From the NCBI GenBank assembly GCA_965649205.1, contig CBFGJV010000006.1, forward strand, positions 26,015-90,014: 64,000 bases of DNA, in the 5' to 3' direction. The number at the start of each line of letters is the position of its first letter. The first letter of the stretch is position 1. The notes under the pieces were generated by a model. It was not told the DNA's origin, did not search any database, and was given only the letters and a program-made list of their open reading frames with translations. Shown one piece after another: positions 30,501 through 39,763 of this stretch. The translations under genes and the position numbers were made by a program. The stretch is from a candidate division WOR-3 bacterium (lineage in GTDB: Bacteria; Hydrothermota; Tepidihabitantia; Tepidihabitantales; Tepidihabitantaceae).

Positions 30501-33197
30501 CCAAGAATACCTACCCCCGGTCTGAGCCTTACGCGCCGAACGCCATATCCGCCGGAACACCGTAACCGTCACGTTTTCACCACTGGCTGGTCTACCGTCT
30601 GGGAACGCAGCCACTAAATCTAAACCTACAGAATCACCCAGTTCTACCATACCCCTGGTCATCTTTACGCCTACATAGCGTTCTGCTCGGTGGACGATAT
30701 ACGATTCTCGACCGGTAATACTCCTCTGGTTAGTGGCAGTAACCGTCGCTTCGCAGGTCACACGACAGCTGGAAAGCCGCCTCCCTAAATTCAGCTTAGT
30801 TTGTACCTGCAAATGCCCCTGGACGTCTAATTTGCCGCTCCCTGAACTCAGCAGACTTATTGCTTGTTCAGTCTCATCCATGTACGCGCCCCAGCTGAAC
30901 CCTTCGTATCCGGGAGGCGAGAAAGACGTAGGTTCCAAACTCACCGTCCAATCCACCTGTTCGCCTGCCATCTGAGCTCCAAACAGATATCTGGCGTTGA
31001 TATGCGCCGTGAACATGTCACCCGCAACATAGCTATCTTTGTCGCCCTTTACTGTGACTTCGAACTCTGCTGGCCTGTATGCCTCAACCCGAAAATGTCC
31101 ATAGAATTCGTGCTCACCCTGAGAAAAAACAATACTGTAGTAACCGGTGAAAGCCTCTGCCCCCAGTGGCAAAGAAATATCAAAGCTACCCCAGTCAGAC
31201 AATCTCACCCGCCGGGTGAAAATCTCCTCATCCCGCGAATCTGTTACTCGTACCAACCCATCCCTGCGACTGGGAATAATCCACCTGCCTCGCTGCTTGT
31301 GGCGGATAATACCCTTAATGCGAACCGTATCCGCCTGTTTGTACAGCCCCTTTTCGGTGTAAATGAAGCCCGAAGGTTCGGTAGGGTCAGGAGACCAATC
31401 ATAGCTCACGCCAAGCTCATAAGGATGAATTCCAGTGCCCCATTCCGAATGCACAAAACCTTCTCCTCCCGGTTCCCGGACAAACATCCACAAACGAGGA
31501 CTATCCCACTCGCTTCGCGCCTTAACACCCAGCATAGCCCATCCAGGGAACACCACAAACCCGTTCTTATCCGTGCGACCAGTCCAGACGGACCGGTTGG
31601 CATCATCTCGCAACTCAACTGTGACTCCTGCTACAGGTGCGCCGTCAACCAGACGAGTCACATAACCTAGCCCGTTTTCTGGTGAAAACTTTGCTGTCAG
31701 CCCAAACGGTGATACCTGCAGAAAAGCTCGACGATACCTTGCACCCCGTTCTGGTTGGTGAAGCATATCCAGTTCACAGAACAAAAAGCCGGATTTCCTT
31801 CCTCCTAATCCGGGCGCTATATCCAGAGGCAGTAGCGTACGTCTGTTCCTGACCAGCTTTGGTCTCCAAACAGTCTGATAATTAAAACCGGTCTGCCAGA
31901 TTCGCTCCAATTCGCCAGGCTTCTCTTTCTCCTCCTCCCCATGACCTTCGTACCGCTTCCGCCAGAAGGGAATAACTTCCCCGGCCTCCAGCCTCCTCAT
32001 CCTTACCTTCACTGATTCTACATTCACCATCCATACCGGATGACGCAACTCTGTGGCAGACTCCACAATACCCAAACCAACAGGCATACCCAGGGCTGGG
32101 CGATAGGAGACTGTCTTCAGTCGCAAACGGACGTCTTTACCCAGGCGATTGCCAAAACGGTCAGTAAGCTGGCGGGAAAGAATTACCTCGTACTGCGTCT
32201 CTGGAGCAAGTTCTACATAGAGGTACTGCTGCGTGGTTGCAAAATCATATTCGTACCGAGGCAACTTCACTGGAGGAGAGAATTTCACGTGCCTGAGTAA
32301 CTCTTCTTGCGCTACAGGATTGGAAAAAACAAATACCAGCGGATCTTCCGGGTGATGAGCGGACGCCCTCTCCAATCTTTCCAGCCGAAAGTGATTGAAG
32401 GTACGAAACTCTATTCTGCGTTCCTTCTCTAATCCCAAGTTGCCCTCAGCCGCCAATAATCCCTCCGCCAGGATAATCTGGTACTGAGTCTGTTTTCTCA
32501 ACTGCACTTTCGAGGTAAGCACTAACACCGAACTAAGTTTTTCTGGTTCATACCACCATGCATCTTCCGTTCTCTCCTTGGGTCTTGGATGACGGAGTCG
32601 AAAAGGCACCCTGGTTCCGTCGCCCGCCACCAACTGCAGAAATTTCTGGGCACGTTTTGGGTCCATCGGCATGTTAAAGTGAAGCCAGATGTTTGGCTTG
32701 AGTGTTACAAACTCCGCACCATGAAAGGGAACAGAATATTCCAGGCTAGGTCTCACAGTCTCAAACTCAAACTCGTAGTCCTGCTTGAGCATCCGTCCAC
32801 TCAACGAACGGACGCCTCGCGGTATTTTCACTTTAAATCTGGTCGCTGTGGGTAGAACAGTCGCCGGGCGAAAGACGACAGTATTTGGACTCAACCAGTC
32901 ACAAAAACCTGGGACTTCCGGGTCAAGGAGCAGTGGAAAATTCTCCTCCTCAGAGACTTCGCCAAGAGACACCATGGCATCATCGAAAGTCACCAGGATT
33001 TCGCTTGCCTCTTCTGTTTTCTCCAGCACCCCTACGGGTGTCGCAGCCACAATCCGCAGAGAATCGGCCCGACGCAATTCCTCTTCACTAAATACAGGCA
33101 TCGCTACACGCCGAGCCAAGGGCTGTCTAGGTTTCTCGCGGGGACAACTACCGACAACAACTAGGACAGCGCACAGAACCCATGCTCTTGTCCTCAC
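27543..33197 (-). CDS. yfhM: Bacterial alpha-2-macroglobulin (YfhM/ECAM-like) with intact thioester motif; probable lipoprotein
   Basis: 1884 aa. Contains the CLEQ thioester motif (…TYPYECLEQRM…). The N-terminus (VVVGSC) is lipobox-like. GTG start with AAGGAGGA SD. Paired with pbpC as in Proteobacteria. Confidence 0.85.
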   Translation of the reverse strand: MRTRAWVLCAVLVVVGSCPREKPRQPLARRVAMPVFSEEELRRADSLRIVAATPVGVLEKTEEASEILVTFDDAMVSLGEVSEEENFPLLLDPEVPGFCDWLSPNTVVFRPATVLPTATRFKVKIPRGVRSLSGRMLKQDYEFEFETVRPSLEYSVPFHGAEFVTLKPNIWLHFNMPMDPKRAQKFLQLVAGDGTRVPFRLRHPRPKERTEDAWWYEPEKLSSVLVLTSKVQLRKQTQYQIILAEGLLAAEGNLGLEKERRIEFRTFNHFRLERLERASAHHPEDPLVFVFSNPVAQEELLRHVKFSPPVKLPRYEYDFATTQQYLYVELAPETQYEVILSRQLTDRFGNRLGKDVRLRLKTVSYRPALGMPVGLGIVESATELRHPVWMVNVESVKVRMRRLEAGEVIPFWRKRYEGHGEEEKEKPGELERIWQTGFNYQTVWRPKLVRNRRTLLPLDIAPGLGGRKSGFLFCELDMLHQPERGARYRRAFLQVSPFGLTAKFSPENGLGYVTRLVDGAPVAGVTVELRDDANRSVWTGRTDKNGFVVFPGWAMLGVKARSEWDSPRLWMFVREPGGEGFVHSEWGTGIHPYELGVSYDWSPDPTEPSGFIYTEKGLYKQADTVRIKGIIRHKQRGRWIIPSRRDGLVRVTDSRDEEIFTRRVRLSDWGSFDISLPLGAEAFTGYYSIVFSQGEHEFYGHFRVEAYRPAEFEVTVKGDKDSYVAGDMFTAHINARYLFGAQMAGEQVDWTVSLEPTSFSPPGYEGFSWGAYMDETEQAISLLSSGSGKLDVQGHLQVQTKLNLGRRLSSCRVTCEATVTATNQRSITGRESYIVHRAERYVGVKMTRGMVELGDSVGLDLVAAFPDGRPASGENVTVTVFRRIWRSARKAQTGGRYSWLSEKVDEKVATFEVRTESEAVRKWFRPDKPGQYWCKCEMRDRRNNTARTDLEFWVAGKGEAAWMIRDDDLIELVRDKNAYKPGDTAKILVKSPWTGVKAMVTVERELVLDYFGTEISGNADLIRIPIKEEYLPNVFVSVVLLKGRTAYNSFGDEGQDLGKPGFKIGYVELPVDPEAKKLTVVVKTGRTEYQPGQEVEIDLQVLDKKGRGVRSEVSLAVVDLGVLKLVGYRTPDPFSMFYASRSLSVVTAESRLHVIGQRNYGEKGEAAGGGGLDGVGLDGGYDYAYRQKFLETALWIPSLRSDENGRARVRFRVPDNLTTWQIMAVAATVDKFGSGESKFQTNKPLLLVSSLPRFIRPEDRFSAGVMVHNRTDKKMKVTVKATAAKGVRIDGSTSRQVEVEPNRPVEVVFDYLCIGAGEAEFTFEASGEGARDRLRVTLPAIPSVVSEAVALYEQTMDSVIQQTVSVPPDVFAGVGGLEVAVSSSGLTGLERGLEFLRTYPYECLEQRMSKILPFIVGEDVINQFGLSELRGSALRKFVQAELDVVSRYQDESGGFYFWPDLESYAYEKPSPWLSAYTMYVLALAEKKGFQVASRVSERGKSYLTNWLNYGKRGTDWPYSTDEYLTARSLAVYAIALWGEKVESHLPFLLDQVDQMSVYGKAYLLKTLALLPKSVYAEARSNLIRAMNNKLKLEPTMAHYEEEREGGWLFHSDVRTTAVVLQALLEHQGQIEFAEKIVRWLIAERRVGRWRTTQENACVFDALATFYRTYEKERPNFRASVRIAGKDVLSAVFSGRSLKTARRFLPIDSLAKTTLPVNISRKGQGRMYYGLRLYYARKGELKAKDQGFRVEKVIRPVGKVSGYVRGAEYIITLKVHTAQDRIFVVLDDPLPAGWEIVNTSFATERQTQPLSTKSNKQWWGGFNYEETYHDRYLLVATYLTKGVHTETYRVRALTSGRFFLPPTRVEEMYTPEVFGHTGQQYLEIK

Positions 33198-33353
33198 AAC
33201 TCCTCCTTAGATTAGCTAGTTAGAATACCACAATAATGATATGAGACAGACCGTTTTTGTCTTTGAGCCTCATGACTAACTATCGCTGCCCCCATCATAA
33301 GTTGGGAGGGTCGGTACAATCTACGACCACAGCCGGCTTAGGGCTACAACTTA

Positions 33354-34451
33354 TTAATCTAAGCGAATCGGCATAAGTAGGAATATTATCTCTCGCTCAG
33401 GGTTTTGCTCCTCCGGTTTCATCAAACCAGGAGCAAGTGGATTCTGGAGCTCGAGAACAAGCCGTTTCCCAGGCAGATGTCGCAACGCCTCAAGTATATA
33501 ACCAACATTGAAACCAATCCTTATCGGTTCTCCCTGGTACTCACACGGCATCTCTTCCTCACTTGAACCTACATCCGGCGTTTCAGCACTAACTCGTAGT
33601 TTATTTTGCGAAAACTCGAGAGTAACTGGTCTACCGAGCGGATTGACAAAAACGGCCGCACGCCTTACGCAAGCAAAGAAAGCGTCGTGCTCCAGCACAG
33701 CGCGCATAGGATATCCCTTTTGGGGCAGGACTCGTTCATAGTCAGGAAATGTCCCTTCCAAGGGGCGGCTGATGGCCAAAGTGTTCTCTGTGACAAAAGA
33801 AATCCTGCCCGGGTCCACTCGGAAGGTGGCCGTTTTTTGCTCTCGGGGCAAGAGTGCAAAGAATTTGGGGACAACCGTCGTCTTAAAGGTAGTAGTGAAT
33901 TCTCCCTTGTGGTTGACAAAAGCGAGGCGATGGCCATCAGTAGCAACCATCCGCATTGAATTCTTATGCACTTCCCAATTCAATCCCGCCATGGCCGGAC
34001 GAGACTCGTCTGTGGAAACGGCGAAAGACACAAAATCCACCATCTCCGTCAGGGTGGCGATTGACAGGTCAAGAGCCGCTGCCTCAGGTAATTTGGGCAT
34101 TTCCGGAAACTCAGCCGGGTCCGGGCTTGCTAAAGTCGCCTTGCTATTGCCCGAGCGAAAATGCACGTTTGTATTCTTTGTCTGGCAGGTCACAGTTTCT
34201 CCCGCGAATTCGCGACACATTTCTGATAGTTTCCTGAAAGGAAGCAGACACTTGCCTTCTTCGGAGTCACCGGAAAGAACGAGTTGTTTCTGCACGAACG
34301 TGTCTAAATCAGTCCCAGAAATGTACAGCTTCCCGTCTGTGACTTCCAGCAGCACATTCTGCAGTACCTGATATACAGCTCGGGAAGGTATTACATTCCC
34401 AACCGCGGCCAACATTCCAGAAAGCAGGCTTCGTTCGATCTCAAAACGCAT
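33354..34451 (-). CDS. dnaN: DNA polymerase III beta sliding clamp
   Basis: 365 aa. Contains MRFEIERSLLSGMLAAVGNVIPSRAV...LLEVTDGKLYISGTDLD, the canonical DnaN N-terminus, and three clamp domains. Confidence 0.9.
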   Translation of the reverse strand: MRFEIERSLLSGMLAAVGNVIPSRAVYQVLQNVLLEVTDGKLYISGTDLDTFVQKQLVLSGDSEEGKCLLPFRKLSEMCREFAGETVTCQTKNTNVHFRSGNSKATLASPDPAEFPEMPKLPEAAALDLSIATLTEMVDFVSFAVSTDESRPAMAGLNWEVHKNSMRMVATDGHRLAFVNHKGEFTTTFKTTVVPKFFALLPREQKTATFRVDPGRISFVTENTLAISRPLEGTFPDYERVLPQKGYPMRAVLEHDAFFACVRRAAVFVNPLGRPVTLEFSQNKLRVSAETPDVGSSEEEMPCEYQGEPIRIGFNVGYILEALRHLPGKRLVLELQNPLAPGLMKPEEQNPEREIIFLLMPIRLD

Positions 34452-34808
34452 TCTGTCTCCTTTCGCAACGCTTAGTGAACTTCACCCAATACTACTATCG
34501 TAAACGCAGCCCAAGTCAAGCCCAGAACTCCGCCCGACTTACTATCCAGCGGTGCAAAACTGCACCTTACTGCCTAAGAGCCAACCGAGGCATCCTGTAG
34601 CCCTGCCTGATTGTTATGCCTTTTCTATGACGTACAATACACATTGAGCCGTTATCTCCCGTTGACTATTGTTGTCGCAATTGGAGTACTTTTGCTCCGC
34701 GCTGTGTCAGAAGTAGTACCTACTCTCGCTTGGGCAAGGTAATCGCGCGACTTCCTGACGTAATACCACTGGTCGCTACGCATTGAAAGCCAAGAGTTTG
34801 GACTAAGG

Positions 34809-34836
34809 TTGACTACCGTCCCCTCCTTTCTATAAT
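34809..34836 (+). promoter_or_regulatory. Candidate sigma70 promoter upstream of tRNA-Leu
   Basis: TTGACT (34809-14), a 16-nt spacer, then TATAAT (34831-36). The tRNA starts about 65 nt downstream. Confidence 0.35.
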
Positions 34837-34901
34837 CCCTCAGTGACAGGAGACGATCGGGAACCTCTCGCGGGCTTCACGGTCGTGTTACCAACCGCTG
34901 A

Positions 34902-34984
34902 GCCGGGGTGGTGGAATTGGCAGACACGCTTGGTTGAGGGCCAAGTGCTTCACGGCATGCAGGTTCAAATCCTGTCCCCGGCAT
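34902..34984 (+). tRNA. tRNA-Leu, anticodon GAG (long variable arm)
   Basis: GCCGGGGTGGTGGAATTGGCAGACACGCTTGGTTGAGGGCCAAG…long variable arm…GGTTCAAATCCTGTCCCCGGCA. 7-bp acceptor stem. No encoded CCA. Confidence 0.85.
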
Positions 34985-35096
34985 CCAGCCTCCAGAGGTG
35001 CTGTCAGAAACGCAGGCCTTCACTCCGTTGCGCTTCAACCGATAGAACTATTCGCAGACTCCCTTGCCGGACTACAAACCAATCAAGGAACCCAGC

Positions 35097-36299
35097 GTGA
35101 ACCGGGTCACTATTCTACTATTGGACGGGGTCGGCTGCGGCGAAATGCCTGACGCTGCCAAGTATGGAGACGAAGGCTCCAATACACTGGCCAACATCGC
35201 TTCAGCAGTCGGCGGTCTGCATCTTCCCAATCTCGCCACACTAGGCTTAGGCAACATAATCCCTGTACTGGGTGTGCCGGCACAAACCTCACCGAGCGCC
35301 TGCTTTGGCAAGATGGCCGAAGCTTCGGCCGGCAAGGATTCGACCACAGGACACTGGGAAATAGCCGGTCTGATTACTGACCGGCCTTTTCCTGTTTTCC
35401 CACACGGTTTTCCGCCGGCCTTCATCAAGCAATTCGAACAAGCCATCGGCCGCGAGACTCTAGGTAACGTAGCAGCATCCGGTACAGAAATTATCAATCG
35501 TCTGGGGGCAGAGCATATCAGAACCGGAAAGCCTATCGTCTACACCTCGGCTGACAGCGTTTTTCAGATTGCCTGTCACGAAGAAGTAGTACCTGTTGGG
35601 GAACTATACCGTTACTGCGCAATAGCCCGCGAAATGCTCAAAGGTCCCTGGTGCGTAGGTCGCGTTATCGCCAGACCTTTCGTGGGCCGACCGGGCTCCT
35701 TTGTACGTACCCCGAGACGGAAAGACTTTTCGTGTCCTCCACCCAGGCCTACTTTGCTCGACCTCACAAAAGAAGCAGGAATGCCCGTGATTGCCATCGG
35801 TAAGGTGGACGACCTATTTGCAGGTCGCGGTTATACCCGGGCGTACCACCCCGTAAGTAATCAGGAGTGTGTCGACCTGACCCGGGAAGTATTGGCAAGT
35901 CTCGAAGCCGGATTGGTGTTCACCAATTTTGTCCAGTTTGATATGGACTGGGGCCACCGGAACGACATCGCCGCTTTTGCCGCCGGTCTGGAAGAGTTTG
36001 ACAGAACCTTACCTGACATTTTGTCTCACTTAAGAAAAAACGACCTGCTCTTCATTACCGCTGATCACGGCAACGACCCAACAACGCCTTCAACCGATCA
36101 TTCCCGCGAATACGTGCCTCTCCTGGTATACAGTCCGATTTTAAAAAGAGGAATACATCTGGGCACGCGTTCTACCTTCGCTGACCTGGGTCAAACTGCT
36201 GCCGAGTTTCTCGGCACAAAGCCTACCCCGTATGGCACCAGTTTTCTTAAAAAGATTTTGAATCAAGGAGCCCAACGTGAACACAATTCTAACGGCTAG
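35097..36299 (+). CDS. deoB: Phosphopentomutase (GTG start; the ORF-track TTG at 35064 is a likely over-extension)
   Basis: [17 protein letters not shown] aligns with the E. coli DeoB N-terminus (AFIMVLDSFGIGA). Also [16 protein letters not shown] and [14 protein letters not shown] lies 7 nt upstream of the GTG. Confidence 0.88.
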   Translation: MNRVTILLLDGVGCGEMPDAAKYGDEGSNTLANIASAVGGLHLPNLATLGLGNIIPVLGVPAQTSPSACFGKMAEASAGKDSTTGHWEIAGLITDRPFPVFPHGFPPAFIKQFEQAIGRETLGNVAASGTEIINRLGAEHIRTGKPIVYTSADSVFQIACHEEVVPVGELYRYCAIAREMLKGPWCVGRVIARPFVGRPGSFVRTPRRKDFSCPPPRPTLLDLTKEAGMPVIAIGKVDDLFAGRGYTRAYHPVSNQECVDLTREVLASLEAGLVFTNFVQFDMDWGHRNDIAAFAAGLEEFDRTLPDILSHLRKNDLLFITADHGNDPTTPSTDHSREYVPLLVYSPILKRGIHLGTRSTFADLGQTAAEFLGTKPTPYGTSFLKKILNQGAQREHNSNG

Positions 36300-36681
36300 A
36301 TTATTGCGTGCTGCCTGTAGTGCTTCAAGCCGGGCATACGCACCCTATTCCGGATTCAAAGTAGGAGCCGCCCTTCTTGATGAAAAGGGGCGTGTACATG
36401 CAGGCTGTAATGTAGAAAATTCATCCTATGGCCTGACAATCTGTGCAGAACGGGCCGCTATATGCAAAGCCGTGTCTGCAGGCGCAAAACAGATAAGAGC
36501 CATTGCGGTCTATGCGCAGTCGCCGGTACTCACCTATCCTTGCGGCGCCTGTCTGCAGGTGATATTTGAGTTTGGCCCGCAGGCCGAAGTGATCCTATCC
36601 AACGGCACGCAGATAAGACAGTACTCTATGCCTAAACTGTTGCCTTGTGGTTTTCGCCTTGCCCCAGCCCGCAGCGAATAA
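36277..36681 (+). CDS. cdd: Cytidine deaminase
   Basis: Zinc-binding motifs CAERAAI and PCGACLQ. 134 aa. Overlaps deoB by 23 nt. Confidence 0.85.
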   Translation: MNTILTARLLRAACSASSRAYAPYSGFKVGAALLDEKGRVHAGCNVENSSYGLTICAERAAICKAVSAGAKQIRAIAVYAQSPVLTYPCGACLQVIFEFGPQAEVILSNGTQIRQYSMPKLLPCGFRLAPARSE

Positions 36682-36704
36682 GGATTGCTTGGCGGTAGAA
36701 TTTT

Positions 36705-37955
36705 TCAGTCTATTCTTTCCAGCCCGGACATATAAGGCCGCAGAACTGGGGGAATCAAAACTGAACCGTCAGCCTGCTGATAGTTCTCCAATATCGCCAC
36801 AAAAATACGGGGCAAAGCCAGAGCGGAAGCGTTCAATGCGTGCGGATAGTAGGTAATGCCCTCATCGGTTCTGACTCTTATGTTCCCCCGTCGAGTCTGA
36901 TAGTCCTCACAATTCGAAGCCGAAGAAACCTCCAACCACCGTGCCACGCCCGCCGCCCATACCTCCAAATCATACGTTTTGGCTGATTGGAAAGCAATAT
37001 CCCAAGCAGCCAGCCGCTTCACCCGATAGGGCAATCCCAAATCACGCAGAAGACTTTCTGCCTCTGAACGCATCTCTTCCAGTGCAGCATATGATTCTTC
37101 GGGTTTCACCAGGCGCACTATCTCCACTTTGTCAAACTGATGAATCCTTATCATCCCGCGTACGTCCTTGCCGTACGAACCGGCTTCGCGTCTGAAACAG
37201 GGAGTGTAAGCTACGTACTTCAGAGGCAGGTTTGCTTCTGGGATTGTCTGGCCACGATGATAACTCACCAGTTGCGGCTCAGCCGTAGGAATAAGATAGA
37301 AGCTGTCATCCCGCGTTGTATACATTTCTGTCTCCAAATGAGGTAACTGCCCAGCAGCTTCCAGCGTAACAACATTAGCCAGTACTGGCGGTGCAATCTC
37401 CGTATAACCATGACGTCTGACATTGACATCGAGAAAATAGTTGATGAGAGCTCGTTCCAGTAATGCCCCCTTGCCTCTGAACACCACAAACCTGGAGCCA
37501 GACAACCGAGCTGCTGCTTCCAAGTCAATTATGTTCAGAGCTGCGCCCAAATCCCAATGTGCCAGCGGCTCGAAGCTGAAACTCGGCAATTCGCCCCATT
37601 CTCCCACAATTTCTTCCTCTGCCGTCACCGATTCATGTACTCGATTAGGAAGAGCCCTTACCATATTTTCCAGCTCCGCATCCAGGGCGGCCAGCTCGGT
37701 TTCCAACCGCTTTATCTCATCTGAAAGTTGTCGAGCCTCTGCCTGCATTTCTGCGCAATCCCTGCCGGCACGTCTTTCCTGAAAAACTCGTTCCGATACC
37801 TGTTTTTGCTTATGACGCAATTCATCCCTTGTGGCCGATATTTTCCTCCGTTTTGCATCCAGCTCCAGCATACGGTCCAAGTCGTGCTTAAACCTGCGCA
37901 ACTCCAGCATACGGCGGACTTCTTCCGGCCGTTCACGCACCAGTTTCAAATTCAT
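36705..37955 (-). CDS. serS: Seryl-tRNA synthetase
   Basis: 416 aa. N-terminal coiled-coil arm plus class II aaRS core (FRREAGSYGKDVRGMIRIHQFDKVE). Confidence 0.92.
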   Translation of the reverse strand: MNLKLVRERPEEVRRMLELRRFKHDLDRMLELDAKRRKISATRDELRHKQKQVSERVFQERRAGRDCAEMQAEARQLSDEIKRLETELAALDAELENMVRALPNRVHESVTAEEEIVGEWGELPSFSFEPLAHWDLGAALNIIDLEAAARLSGSRFVVFRGKGALLERALINYFLDVNVRRHGYTEIAPPVLANVVTLEAAGQLPHLETEMYTTRDDSFYLIPTAEPQLVSYHRGQTIPEANLPLKYVAYTPCFRREAGSYGKDVRGMIRIHQFDKVEIVRLVKPEESYAALEEMRSEAESLLRDLGLPYRVKRLAAWDIAFQSAKTYDLEVWAAGVARWLEVSSASNCEDYQTRRGNIRVRTDEGITYYPHALNASALALPRIFVAILENYQQADGSVLIPPVLRPYMSGLERID

Positions 37956-38580
37956 AGGGTATTCTATGAGACACTTCTTTTCTCGTCAATTTCTCCGCCC
38001 GGGAAATCATCTCCGCAGCTGCCTTTACCAGAAAATCATATTCTACATTCACCTTGCTCCCTCCTCTCAATTCCTTCAGGTTTGTATTCTCCCAGGTATA
38101 CGGAATCACATTGACGTGGAAGCAAGTTTGAGTTACAAGGGCCACGGTCAGACTCACACCATTCACGCACACAGAACCGCGGTCAACCAGAACTCGTGCT
38201 CCTCTGCTGGTGAGCTGCAGACTAATCTCCCAGTACCCCGACCTACGCTCCACCTTACGTACCTGCAGCACTTCATCCACATGTCCCTGAACAAAGTGTC
38301 CTCCCAGCCGTTCGCCCACCATCAGAGCCCGCTCCAGATTCACCCGCGAACCTACCTTCAGACTGCCTAACGTAGTTGCTTTCAGTGTAGCCGCCACCGC
38401 CTCTACCTCAAAACTTTGTCCAGTTGCCTTCACCACCGTCAGACAGCATCCGTCTACGGCGACGCTGTCACCCTGCCTCAGCTGCCCTGCGAACTTTGCG
38501 GCAACACGCAAGCTGCGGTTATCTCCGAGTCCTGAAATTCGCAGAACCTTGCCAACTTCCTCTATGAGCCCGGTAAACAC
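37933..38580 (-). CDS. ribE: Riboflavin synthase alpha chain
   Basis: MFTGLIEEVG…GDSVAVDGCCLTV and a second lumazine-binding repeat (VNGVSLTV). Confidence 0.88.
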   Translation of the reverse strand: MFTGLIEEVGKVLRISGLGDNRSLRVAAKFAGQLRQGDSVAVDGCCLTVVKATGQSFEVEAVAATLKATTLGSLKVGSRVNLERALMVGERLGGHFVQGHVDEVLQVRKVERRSGYWEISLQLTSRGARVLVDRGSVCVNGVSLTVALVTQTCFHVNVIPYTWENTNLKELRGGSKVNVEYDFLVKAAAEMISRAEKLTRKEVSHRIPYEFETGA

Positions 38581-38582
38581 TG

Positions 38583-39695
38583 TTAGTTCATAACTTTCAT
38601 GGACCTAGCCGGACCGACTACATACCCTTCAGTCAACACATCCTCGCCAAAACACCTGTGCCGGACCTTCTGCAGAACCAGTGCCCGTCCAAAGCTACGC
38701 GGCTTCATCCTGGCACCAAAACTTCGACCCGGTCCTATAATTTTCGGAGCGTGAAAGAAACATATCTTGTCCACGATGCCGGCATCCATAGCCGTGGCGG
38801 CCACCATTGCCCCACCTTCCACCAAAACCGACATAACTTCCCGACGATATAACTCGGCCAAAATGCGAGACCACGACAAAATTCCTGACTTATTTCCCCT
38901 GCCTATCGCCACCACCTCTGCTCCAGCTCGTTCCAACAGCTCTCTCCGTTTCTGGTCGCGCGAACTGGTAAACACCAGCGCAATTCCTTTACCTCTTAGA
39001 AATCGGCTGCGAGAGGAAACTCTCAACTCAGAATCCAGCACCACCTTCAACAAGGGCCGCCTCCGATTCAACCGACAATCCAAACTGGGGTCATCATATA
39101 GTATCGTTCCCGCTCCCACGAGCACTGCGTCCGACGCCTGCCGCAGTTTCTGCACTTCTCTCCTTGCCTTTTCACCTGTAATCCACTGCGACTCCCCCCT
39201 GCTAGTTGCCACCATGCCATCCAGACTCAGAGCCAGTTTCAGAGTGACAAAAGGCCTGTGCCGCGTATGGTAACTAAAATACCCCTCATTCAGACGTTTC
39301 GCCTCTTCGGTCAGCATCCCCACCTGTGTAAATATCCCAGCCTCAGACAAACACTTCATTCCCCGACCCCGGACTCGAGGATGAGGGTCCAGCGTAGCCG
39401 CAAAAACGCGTCTTACGCCGGCTCGTATCAAAGCATCGGTGCAAGCACCGGTCTTACCGCAAAAACAACAAGGCTCCATGGAAACGAAGAGGTCAGCCCC
39501 GCGAGCCCTGGCTCCCGCCTGCTTTAGAGCTTCAATCTCTGCATGTGGCCCACCGAAACGGCGATGATAACCACATCCAACTAACTTGTTTCCCTTGACC
39601 AGTACTGCTCCCACCATTGGATTTGGAGAAGTGAAACCCTGGCCGCGTCGCGCCAGACGCAAAGCCAGACGCATCATCTGCTCGGACACGGCCAA
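38583..39695 (-). CDS. ribD: Bifunctional riboflavin biosynthesis deaminase/reductase RibD
   Basis: CMP/dCMP-type deaminase motifs (HAEIEAL, MEPCCFCGKTGAC) plus a RibD C-terminal reductase domain. Confidence 0.88.
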   Translation of the reverse strand: MAVSEQMMRLALRLARRGQGFTSPNPMVGAVLVKGNKLVGCGYHRRFGGPHAEIEALKQAGARARGADLFVSMEPCCFCGKTGACTDALIRAGVRRVFAATLDPHPRVRGRGMKCLSEAGIFTQVGMLTEEAKRLNEGYFSYHTRHRPFVTLKLALSLDGMVATSRGESQWITGEKARREVQKLRQASDAVLVGAGTILYDDPSLDCRLNRRRPLLKVVLDSELRVSSRSRFLRGKGIALVFTSSRDQKRRELLERAGAEVVAIGRGNKSGILSWSRILAELYRREVMSVLVEGGAMVAATAMDAGIVDKICFFHAPKIIGPGRSFGARMKPRSFGRALVLQKVRHRCFGEDVLTEGYVVGPARSMKVMN

Positions 39696-39763
39696 TCATA
39701 GAACTGCTTCCCTCGATGTCAAGCACGGGCAGGATAGGGCCTTGGAACGAAGAGAAATTCTAC

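Noticed and set aside
30864-31670. A 268-aa plus-strand ORF, and several 60-140-aa ORFs, inside the alpha-2-macroglobulin gene
   Set aside because: They are antisense to a 1884-aa gene with clear A2M homology. The sequence is low-complexity with no motif, which is typical of GC-rich antisense frames.
34843-35100. An 85-aa ORF overlapping tRNA-Leu
   Set aside because: It covers a structurally perfect tRNA and the deoB start region and has no protein features.
39696-39763. FMN riboswitch (RFN) upstream of ribD
   Set aside because: Only 68 nt separate ribD from the preceding gene. That is too short for the ~140-nt RFN element, and no conserved RFN stems were seen.
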